Origin: Promethearchaeota archaeon
GTDB taxonomy: Archaea > Asgardarchaeota > Lokiarchaeia > Sigyniarchaeales > SOKP01
NCBI GenBank assembly: GCA_048940925.1
Contig: JBHLOC010000010.1
Location: forward strand, 44,694 to 108,693
Length of the DNA: 64,000 bases
Direction of reading: 5' to 3'
Part shown: positions 30,721 to 38,838 of the stretch, piece by piece
How positions within the stretch are numbered: position 1 is the first letter of the stretch
How the letters are laid out: each line of letters starts with the position of its first letter
Translations under genes and position numbers: made by a program
The notes under the pieces: model-generated
The model's database searches: none
Seen by the model: the letters and a program-made list of their open reading frames with translations, nothing else
What the model was told of the DNA's origin: nothing

Positions 30721-31377
30721 ATGAAAAAAAGTTTAAAACTAATGGCTGTGGTATTATCTGTATTTTTACTGAGTTTTATAGGATACGCACTTGCTCATCC
30801 TACCAGTATCGTATCCTATTCAGGATCCACACATACAGGATGTCATGGAGCTAATAATCCAGGTTCTGGAACACTCTCGGTAACAACATCCGTATCTGGT
30901 CGAGTAATTACTCTAACAGTTTCAATAACAGGATTTACCGAAGCTGTTACTCCTCCCTATCATGGAACAGTATCAATAGGACTTCCATATGGATATGGTG
31001 ACAATAATCTATTTGGACAGGGGATTAGTATGAATAATGTTCAGGGGGAGAATAATTATTGGGCTACTAGCATATGGGAAGAGAATTTAACATCAACTGG
31101 AGATACGATGCATGATTATACTTTTAAAGTTCTTGCCCCAGAAGCAGCAGGTACATATGAACTCAAAATAGTCGCTTTAACAGGTATGAATATTACTGAA
31201 AATGAAGTACCTCTCTATAATCTTGAACAGACCATAACAATAACAGTCAAAGGAAATGCCGTTACAATCGCTTCCTTATCTTCAACTTTTAATTTTGGAA
31301 ATTTTCTCACATATATCCTATTCGGTAGTATTGCACTTGGTCCTCTTGTTTTAATTCTCTTACGCAAAAGAAAATAA
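30721..31377 (+). CDS. Exported, membrane-anchored putative c-type cytochrome with HxxCH motif (paralogue 2)
   Basis: Signal peptide ending ALA-HP, HTGCH at 30832-30846; shares GFTEA, DNNxF and AP...G.Y.L.I with paralogue 1; C-terminal TM plus RKRK. Confidence 0.7.
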   Translation: MKKSLKLMAVVLSVFLLSFIGYALAHPTSIVSYSGSTHTGCHGANNPGSGTLSVTTSVSGRVITLTVSITGFTEAVTPPYHGTVSIGLPYGYGDNNLFGQGISMNNVQGENNYWATSIWEENLTSTGDTMHDYTFKVLAPEAAGTYELKIVALTGMNITENEVPLYNLEQTITITVKGNAVTIASLSSTFNFGNFLTYILFGSIALGPLVLILLRKRK

Positions 31378-31531
31378 TTAAATTTTCACTATTTTTTTTT
31401 ATAAACTCAAATTTTAAATTCTAAAAATGAATGTCCTACATGTTAAAAAACATAAAATTGTTGTCCTACTACAAAAGATTCAACTCATTCATTATAAGAA
31501 ACTATTGTATTTAGATTAAAGAGAAAGAACA

Positions 31532-32278
31532 ATGAAGTTAAATATTCCTAAATTTTATAAAACTAATTTTTTGTTGATCATTTCTCTTGTAATGTTGGTA
31601 CTCAACCTATCTTTTATTATAATAGGAACTTCATTTAATTTCTTTATTTGGGATGAACCTAACAGAATTGTATACATCATATTTTTTTATCATGTTTCAG
31701 GAGCTTGGCTGGCTTATTTTTCATTTGGAATCAGCTTGATCTCTCATATTATCTATCTACGGAATAAAAAGATCTTATTTAGCCAAATTGGAAAAAATAG
31801 TGTAATTGTAGGTGTTTTTTTTACAGCATTTGCTTTAATAACTGGATCTTTATGGTTTAATGCAACCTCTGGCGGTTATAGCAATAATATAAATGCTTAT
31901 TGGCAGTGGAGTGATGGTAGACAAATTATGACTTTTGTTTTGCTAGTATCCTATTTAGCGTTCTTAATTTTCAGAAGTATGATTGAAGATAAAGAAAAAA
32001 AAGCAAGGTTATCATCAGCTTTAGGTATCGCATTATTTCCTACAGTACCTTTAAGTTATTTTTCGGCAATAATATTTGAATCTTTACACGTATTAATTAG
32101 CCCAACTCCAGGTGAACCTGGAAATATATATTTGGATCCCGTTAAAATTTTTATATTACTTTTTAATTTAATAGCGATGACTATTTTTTTTGTGTATGTT
32201 GTCCAGAAATTAGTTACTTTAGATAAAGCAAATGAAAAATTAGATAAAATTATTCAAAAAAGATTAATGGAGGAATAA
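31532..32278 (+). CDS. ccmC: Heme exporter/chaperone loader CcmC
   Basis: IFFYHVSGAW (His1), ITGSLW...YWQWSDGRQ (variant WWD), SLH (His2), about six TM helices. Confidence 0.88.
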   Translation: MKLNIPKFYKTNFLLIISLVMLVLNLSFIIIGTSFNFFIWDEPNRIVYIIFFYHVSGAWLAYFSFGISLISHIIYLRNKKILFSQIGKNSVIVGVFFTAFALITGSLWFNATSGGYSNNINAYWQWSDGRQIMTFVLLVSYLAFLIFRSMIEDKEKKARLSSALGIALFPTVPLSYFSAIIFESLHVLISPTPGEPGNIYLDPVKIFILLFNLIAMTIFFVYVVQKLVTLDKANEKLDKIIQKRLMEE

Positions 32279-32282
32279 ATAA

Positions 32283-32435
32283 ATGTCAATAGAATTGCTT
32301 GAACGAGATTTAATAACAATTAGTATTAGTTATTTATTATTTTGGATTATAATAATAATTTTGATTGTTTATCCGATCATTAAATTAAATAAAACATTAA
32401 GAAGAATCAGAAGTTTAGAAAAAAATATAAGTTAA
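32283..32435 (+). CDS. ccmD: CcmD small membrane protein (50 aa)
   Basis: MSIELLERDLITISISYLLFWIIIIILIVYPIIKLNKTLRRIRSLEKNIS: one TM plus basic tail, located between ccmC and ccmE; not in the ORF track. Confidence 0.75.
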   Translation: MSIELLERDLITISISYLLFWIIIIILIVYPIIKLNKTLRRIRSLEKNIS

Positions 32436-32450
32436 ATAATCAGGAGATAA

Positions 32451-32795
32451 ATGAGTTTGAAGAAATCAAAAATTATTGCTGTAATTGGGATAGTTGCATC
32501 AATTATAGTTATAATATCGTTAGTAACAATAAATACAAGACCATATCTTCGAGTATCTCAAGTTGCAATAAAACCATCTAAATATTATAACAAAGAAATT
32601 CAAGTAATTGGGATTGTAAAAGGTTTTTCTGGGGGAAATTTTAATTTAACTGAAAATGCAGATAGTATAACCATCGATATCAACGGTATTTCTCCACCAA
32701 ATGATTTAGAAAATGGAATAAAAGTAGTTGTTTCAGGAAGATTTGTTTCATCATTAAATTTAGTTGCAAATCAAATCCTTACCCAATGCAGTTGA
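32451..32795 (+). CDS. ccmE: Heme chaperone CcmE, Cys-type, truncated after Cys-Ser
   Basis: N-terminal TM, PYLRVSQ, VIGIV, PPNDLENGIKVVVSG, A.QILTQCS*; GGAG RBS. Confidence 0.85.
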   Translation: MSLKKSKIIAVIGIVASIIVIISLVTINTRPYLRVSQVAIKPSKYYNKEIQVIGIVKGFSGGNFNLTENADSITIDINGISPPNDLENGIKVVVSGRFVSSLNLVANQILTQCS

Positions 32796-32802
32796 TCTAT
32801 TT

Positions 32803-33552
32803 TTAATCGTACAGTAAAGTTTGGGAAAGTAGAATTATAATTGAAATCATAAGAGCAATATGGGCTAGTAGAAATATAATTTCATAAAAAACGTCTGATA
32901 TTGAATAACCTCCTAATAACTTTATATTTAAAGAAATTATAGGCGTTATAATAGGCAAAATTAGAGGAAATAACAGAATTGGTAGAATAAAAGATTTATT
33001 TTTAACATACATAGAAAAAGCCGAAACTAAACTTCCGCATATTGATAAATCAAATGTGGGTAATAAAATTCCAATAATAATATAATTTAAAAACTGAATC
33101 ACATTTAAATTAATTTGAGTAGTAATATTTCCTTCAATAATAGCAGGGGCTGATAAAAAAGAACTGGTAAGGAATAAAATTGCTTCGACAAAAATCAATA
33201 ATATTAGACAGAAAAGGATCTTACTTAAAAGGATTATATTACCTGAAACGGGGGATGTGATCAAGCCACCAAGTGTTCCAGTTTCTTTTTCTTTAACAAA
33301 TAATTTAACCATGATATAGATAAGAGTAAAAAAAATAATTATCCAGTTTTCAATAACAAAAATTTCTAATGGCATATTTTGAATTTGGGTTGTGAAATTA
33401 TATACTGAAGAAAATATAAAAATAGATATAATTTCAAAAAGAAACACAGAAAATATATCATTTATTTGCCGAATTTCAGATTTGATATCTTTAAATAAGA
33501 TCGTCTTAAGTACTTTCAATCTCAGTTTAAAAGATATTTCTTTACTATTCAA
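32803..33552 (-). CDS. ccmB: Heme export ABC permease CcmB
   Basis: KDIKSEIR, FVKEKETGTLGGL..SP, ILLSK, LPILLFPLILP. Confidence 0.88.
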   Translation of the reverse strand: MNSKEISFKLRLKVLKTILFKDIKSEIRQINDIFSVFLFEIISIFIFSSVYNFTTQIQNMPLEIFVIENWIIIFFTLIYIMVKLFVKEKETGTLGGLITSPVSGNIILLSKILFCLILLIFVEAILFLTSSFLSAPAIIEGNITTQINLNVIQFLNYIIIGILLPTFDLSICGSLVSAFSMYVKNKSFILPILLFPLILPIITPIISLNIKLLGGYSISDVFYEIIFLLAHIALMISIIILLSQTLLYD

Positions 33553-33564
33553 TAAAAATTCACC

Positions 33565-34281
33565 TTAGAAATATGTTTCAATTTGAATTTCGGCATAATC
33601 TTTTTTTGTCGCTAATTTAGTAATTTTACCTTTTTTCAAAATTATTAAATCATCACATAATTGATGAAAAACGTCAATTCTATGAGTTGTTAGAATTATT
33701 GAAACATTTTCTTTCTTTTTTAATTCTAAAATAAAATTACTTAACATTTCAGACGATTTATAATCTAGCCCTGAAAAAGGTTCATCCATAAATAAGATTG
33801 ATGGGTTATGCATTAAAGATCTGATTAATTCCACTTTTTGTTTCATGCCATGAGATAAATTTTTAACGGGTTCATTGATCCAATCAATTAAATCAAATTT
33901 CTTAACATACTGTTCAATTTTGTATTTTATATTATTCTTCTCAAAATTAAAATGCAGATTATCAAAGAACTTTAAGTTTTCAAATATAGTCAACTCTTCA
34001 TAGAGAAATGATTCATCAGTAGTTATACCAATATTTTGTTTTATAATATTAGGGTGATCAATATAGTTCAATCCATCAATAACGACTTTTCCCATTGTTG
34101 GTTTTAGAAGACCTGATAAGATCTTGATTAAAGTTGTTTTTCCCGCTCCATTTGCCCCTCCAATACCAAAAATTGTATTTTTTCTAATTTTGAAAGAAAT
34201 TTTTTTTAATGCAAAAAAATATCCAAATTGCTTTGAGACATTAATACAATCTATTAGTATGTTATTTGATGCAACCATCAA
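33565..34281 (-). CDS. ccmA: Heme export ABC ATPase CcmA
   Basis: GANGAGKTT, LSHGMKQK, MDEPFSGLD, TTH; upstream of ccmB. Confidence 0.85.
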   Translation of the reverse strand: MMVASNNILIDCINVSKQFGYFFALKKISFKIRKNTIFGIGGANGAGKTTLIKILSGLLKPTMGKVVIDGLNYIDHPNIIKQNIGITTDESFLYEELTIFENLKFFDNLHFNFEKNNIKYKIEQYVKKFDLIDWINEPVKNLSHGMKQKVELIRSLMHNPSILFMDEPFSGLDYKSSEMLSNFILELKKKENVSIILTTHRIDVFHQLCDDLIILKKGKITKLATKKDYAEIQIETYF

Positions 34282-34437
34282 CTCAACACTGCTTAATATA
34301 CTGAATTTATTTTATATAATTTTAGTAAATTTTAATAATACAAAACTTTGGTTTAATATATGTATTAAGATAAGAAATTAAAAATTGGTCAAATTCAATT
34401 AAAAAAAGTAATACAAATTTATACATTGAGTGAATTT

Positions 34438-36153
34438 TTACTCTTGGATTACTTCTCTCTTTGGAAAAAAAGTGATAAGTATTGAGGGTATTATCCCTAT
34501 TAGCAATAAAAAGAAACCTGGAATGAAAAAAATATCTTTATACATTGAAGATACTAAAAAACCAGCAAGAATCAAGGAAATCCCAGCATGAATTATCGTT
34601 TTTGAATTCAATCTGAAAAAATATTTGAATCCCTTATTCAGATTGAAATTTTTTCCTAATTTAAATAATGAAGAAAATAATGAAATAAAGAATATTATCA
34701 GAATAGGATTTATCCAAATATTAAATATAATTAAAACAATATAGGATAATGCTAATTGAATCATAATTCCGATAATTATAGCCACTCCTATCCACTTAAT
34801 ATCGAAATATTCCCATAGAGAACAAAAAATAAGCGATAAAGCTAAACCAGTAGCCAAGGATAATGATGTTACTATAAAATAATCTACACCGATGAAAATG
34901 ACATCTATTGGAAGAAAATTTGAAAGTAAATGGGTGAACGGAGGAATAAAAAGGCCAAAAGTGCAAACAAATGCTAAACCAAATAAAAATAAATAACTCA
35001 AATAATCAAATAATAGTTTTTTATTTCGATATTCCTCCATCAGATAATCTAGTACAATATAAATTATATAAAGGGTAAAACAGATCAGCATAAAGCCTAA
35101 AATTACAACCCATATAACTAAGTTTGCATCTCCGGTAAATGCATGAAGAGAGCTCAATCCTCCTCCTCTTGTAATCAATGTTGAAAACACTATTGAAGAA
35201 AAAATTAAGCCTACATTTATTTTTGTCAATCTAGGATTTTTTTTCTTAAAAATTATAGTATGAAAGAAAGCTGTTATGAAAATCCAAGGAATAAGTGAGA
35301 CAGTCTCAACGGGATCCCACCCCCAATATCTACCCCAATTTGAGGCAATTTTAGCCCAATATGCCCCAAGACCTATGCTAAGTGTAAGCACTAACCATCC
35401 AAATTTCAAAGAAAAATCATAAAATCTCTGCTGATAGGAATTTAATAATTTAGAGTTACGAGTGGTAACTTCTGCAATAGTTATAATAAAAGGAATCAAA
35501 AAGATAGCATAAGCAATAAAAGTAAAAAAAGGATGCCAAATCAAGAAAGGAGAAATTAATAGTGGGTTTAATCCTCGTCCATTGGGGAAATCGGGTGGTG
35601 AATTAACTCTAAAAGGATTCAATGAAAATAAAATAAATAAAAATACAGTGGAAATTATTAAGGACATAATAACTGAGCGAATAAAAATTGAATCTTCTTG
35701 ATCTTGATTATTTAATCTATAAAAATTAATAACGACTGAATTAAAAAACATCCACGTCATGATTGAGCCTTCTTCACCAGCCCATATTGCAACAAATTTA
35801 TAAATTGGAGCTAATGTAGTGTGACTATAGTTCATAACATACACTATTTCGAAAATATTATTGATAAAACTATACATCATTAGGATGAATAATAATACGT
35901 TGATGCTCATGTTGAGGATCGATAATAAATAGTAATTTTTTCTTTTGAAAACAAGAAAAAATATATCAACAAGTATCAATGCTATTAGAATAGCTATTAG
36001 AATCATGCCTAAATAGGATATAATAAGAATTCTAGTACTAAATTCAATTAAATCTAAAATTAATGGAATGAAGAAAAACAAACCTAGAATTACGATTATG
36101 TTTAACAATAAAATTTTTCTTGATAAGAATCGATCAAACTTCATAGAGAACAT
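34438..36153 (-). CDS. ccmF: Cytochrome c heme lyase CcmF
   Basis: WAGEEGS, GRGLNPLL, WHPF, WGRYWGWDPVETVSLIPW...H, SLHAF. Confidence 0.92.
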   Translation of the reverse strand: MFSMKFDRFLSRKILLLNIIVILGLFFFIPLILDLIEFSTRILIISYLGMILIAILIALILVDIFFLVFKRKNYYLLSILNMSINVLLFILMMYSFINNIFEIVYVMNYSHTTLAPIYKFVAIWAGEEGSIMTWMFFNSVVINFYRLNNQDQEDSIFIRSVIMSLIISTVFLFILFSLNPFRVNSPPDFPNGRGLNPLLISPFLIWHPFFTFIAYAIFLIPFIITIAEVTTRNSKLLNSYQQRFYDFSLKFGWLVLTLSIGLGAYWAKIASNWGRYWGWDPVETVSLIPWIFITAFFHTIIFKKKNPRLTKINVGLIFSSIVFSTLITRGGGLSSLHAFTGDANLVIWVVILGFMLICFTLYIIYIVLDYLMEEYRNKKLLFDYLSYLFLFGLAFVCTFGLFIPPFTHLLSNFLPIDVIFIGVDYFIVTSLSLATGLALSLIFCSLWEYFDIKWIGVAIIIGIMIQLALSYIVLIIFNIWINPILIIFFISLFSSLFKLGKNFNLNKGFKYFFRLNSKTIIHAGISLILAGFLVSSMYKDIFFIPGFFLLLIGIIPSILITFFPKREVIQE

Positions 36154-36343
36154 TTAAAATGTAAAAATTTTAGAATTCTAATAAACATTTTTAAATGTTA
36201 ATGCCCAGTGCAGAAAATAGGTGAAATATTTGCTCTAATGTTTTATAAATATCTTTTTTTTTTATAATTTATCAACACAATATATAAAAACCAACCAATC
36301 ACAATCTATTAGTAAAAATTTCATACTTTTTATAGAAAGAATC

Positions 36344-37222
36344 ATGAAAAAGAAAACTTTTATCCTATTCATTACTATTATAAGTTTAGTATCAGTATCT
36401 GTAGTAATTTATAGTACTGGAAGGCCTGGCTTTGGTAACACTCATGATGTATGCCATGAATCCACAGTATATTCAATTGGAAGTAGTATATCAGGGGAAA
36501 TTCAATCTAATCCCTCAAGTTCCATTGTATTTAATATTACGGCGACTGGTCCTAATTTATTTGTTCAGGCGATTCCGGGTGCAAAAGATAATGATCTTTT
36601 CGTGATATTTCCCACTACTGAAAGAATAAATGATAGTTCGGTATTTGATTTAGATCCTACAGCAAATTCAATATTAGTAACATTTAATATCACAACACCC
36701 AACGAGACCGGATATTATACCATTTTTATCATTGCCGGAGATAATACACATGGACAAATAAAATTTGAATTTCTAGAAATCAATGTGAATGTTGGTGGAG
36801 TCGCTCCTCCTCCCCAATATGATTGGTCTACTATATTTGATCATTTAGGGTTATATTTAGGGTTACCTGCGTTAATACTTTTAACACTTGGTACAATTCT
36901 AGTATTAATAAATGAAAATAAATTCGTAAAAATACATGGAATTCTGGCAGGGGGAGCTTTTGTTCTAACTACTGTTAATTTAGTAGCAGCTCTTATAAAA
37001 ATTCCTTCAGAGAGTTGGTCTGGAGTTTTTCCCCTTATCTATCACTTACCTCATATAATTTTGGGAGCACTTGGTTTAATAGCTGCATTTTTTAGTATGT
37101 TGTTTGGAATTGCAGCAGAGCGAAGTCCTGCTAAAATAACAGGTTATATTGCTCTAATATGTTGGTGGGGCGCATTCTTTTTAGGGTATTTTCTAAACCC
37201 AAATCTATTGTTACTACAATAA
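36344..37222 (+). CDS. Putative HxxCH c-type cytochrome fused to a four-TM cytochrome b561-like domain (paralogue 3)
   Basis: Signal peptide, HDVCH at 36443-36457, DNDLF and TP..TGYYTI shared with paralogues 1-2; four TM helices with His167, His198 and His234/237. Confidence 0.65.
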   Translation: MKKKTFILFITIISLVSVSVVIYSTGRPGFGNTHDVCHESTVYSIGSSISGEIQSNPSSSIVFNITATGPNLFVQAIPGAKDNDLFVIFPTTERINDSSVFDLDPTANSILVTFNITTPNETGYYTIFIIAGDNTHGQIKFEFLEINVNVGGVAPPPQYDWSTIFDHLGLYLGLPALILLTLGTILVLINENKFVKIHGILAGGAFVLTTVNLVAALIKIPSESWSGVFPLIYHLPHIILGALGLIAAFFSMLFGIAAERSPAKITGYIALICWWGAFFLGYFLNPNLLLLQ

Positions 37223-37239
37223 CATGAGGGTATATAAAA

Positions 37240-38718
37240 GTGAATGAATCTAATAATGTAGAAATAAAAAACAAAATAGAACAAAAAGATAAGCAAAGTC
37301 TAAAAGATCAATTCTTAGAATTTATCTCTCCTTATCATGTGAGTACTAACCTATATGAACTTGAGTCTGCCTCAGCAGATCTTACTTCCCTGCCATCATA
37401 TCATTACAAATTTAAAAAAGAATATCTGGCTAGTCATATCGTTAGACCAGCAAATACTCATGAACTTTCATTAACAATTGAAAAATGTAGAAAACTTAAT
37501 ATCCCCGTTACAATAAGGGCTGCTGGTACTTCTTGTTTCTCCTCAGCAACACCTTCAAAAGGAGGTGTAATTATAGATATACGTAGATTGAATAGAGTTA
37601 TTGAAGTGGATAAAGAGAATATGACAGTAAAAGTTGGGGGTGGAATTTCGTGGTTAAATTTAATAGAAGCACTGGCGGATTATGGTCTTGAACCTAAAAG
37701 CTTTCCAACAAGTTTTAAAACATCATGCGTTAGTGGTTTTATTGCAACTCCAGGTAAGGCAGGGATTGGTATTCTAAAGTATGGAACTATGGAAGATACT
37801 ATTATTTCACTAGAATTAGTTAAACCAGATGGTTCTGTGATAAATCTCACAAGAGAATCAAAAGAAGATATTACTCTTAATGATGTTGTAGGGACTTATG
37901 GGATATTTGGTGCGATTGCAAATGTGGAATTGTCTGTTACTACTCTAAAAACATCATTAGAGACTATAGGTTATGGTTTTGATTCAATAGCTCAAGCATT
38001 TGATTTTTATTCTACTATCAAAAATGATCTACCAAATAAACCACTATTCCTTTCAATTTCAGAAAGGGATTTTGAAAAATACTCTCATGTGAATTTTCCA
38101 AAACAAAACTGGTTAGTGTGGGGAGTATTTTATGACGATCCTGAGGAAACATCAAAGAGTATTTCACAAGTTAAAACTATTGCTTCGAAAATGAATAGTT
38201 ATGAAGTTGAAAGTTCCTATTTAAAAGAAAAATGGCGAGATATTAGTGATGCTGAAGTATCAATAGGATTATCAACAAGAAATTTAATTTTTCAAGAATA
38301 TTGGATCTCTGATGAGAATTTACAAGATTTTATTCAATTGTATGTAAATAATAAGAAGAAATATAAATTTCCAATTGCTTCATATGTTATTTCAGGGGAA
38401 AAAGGATGGACACGGGTAAAGATTTTTGGACTAACTAACATTAATAAACCAATAGAATTCTTTACTGTAAAAGCATTTTTACATGATTTAGCTATTCAAG
38501 CATTTAAACAGGGAGATAGATTATATACTATCGGAATAGTTAACACCTTTTATTTGCATAAATATAAACCTAAAGAAGTATTAAAATGGAAAAATTTAAA
38601 AGATAAATTAGATCCAAAAAACCTATTTAATTCTTATCGATTAACTGATGCAAGAATGAAGTTTTGGAGAGTATCATTGCTTTTTAATGTAGCGAAACTT
38701 TTATACAAAATTTTTTAA
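37240..38718 (+). CDS. FAD-linked oxidoreductase (GlcD/D-lactate dehydrogenase fold)
   Basis: IVRPANTHE, PVTIRAAGTS, GGVIIDIRRLN, GTYGIFGAI, KDKLDPKNLFN. Confidence 0.85.
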   Translation: MNESNNVEIKNKIEQKDKQSLKDQFLEFISPYHVSTNLYELESASADLTSLPSYHYKFKKEYLASHIVRPANTHELSLTIEKCRKLNIPVTIRAAGTSCFSSATPSKGGVIIDIRRLNRVIEVDKENMTVKVGGGISWLNLIEALADYGLEPKSFPTSFKTSCVSGFIATPGKAGIGILKYGTMEDTIISLELVKPDGSVINLTRESKEDITLNDVVGTYGIFGAIANVELSVTTLKTSLETIGYGFDSIAQAFDFYSTIKNDLPNKPLFLSISERDFEKYSHVNFPKQNWLVWGVFYDDPEETSKSISQVKTIASKMNSYEVESSYLKEKWRDISDAEVSIGLSTRNLIFQEYWISDENLQDFIQLYVNNKKKYKFPIASYVISGEKGWTRVKIFGLTNINKPIEFFTVKAFLHDLAIQAFKQGDRLYTIGIVNTFYLHKYKPKEVLKWKNLKDKLDPKNLFNSYRLTDARMKFWRVSLLFNVAKLLYKIF

Positions 38719-38838
38719 AAATGAGGAATTAAGTATCAAAAATAAATCAGTAAATTGAGAAATAATATATAATCATTAAATTTAATTTGAAATAAGATAT
38801 ATAATCAATTAAGTAAACATTTAAAAAGAGATAAACAA

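Noticed and set aside
32793-32830. Sec read-through of the ccmE TGA to restore CxxxY
   Set aside because: Read-through gives CS(U)SIFNR with no Tyr at +4 and runs into the convergent ccmB; no structure supports recoding.
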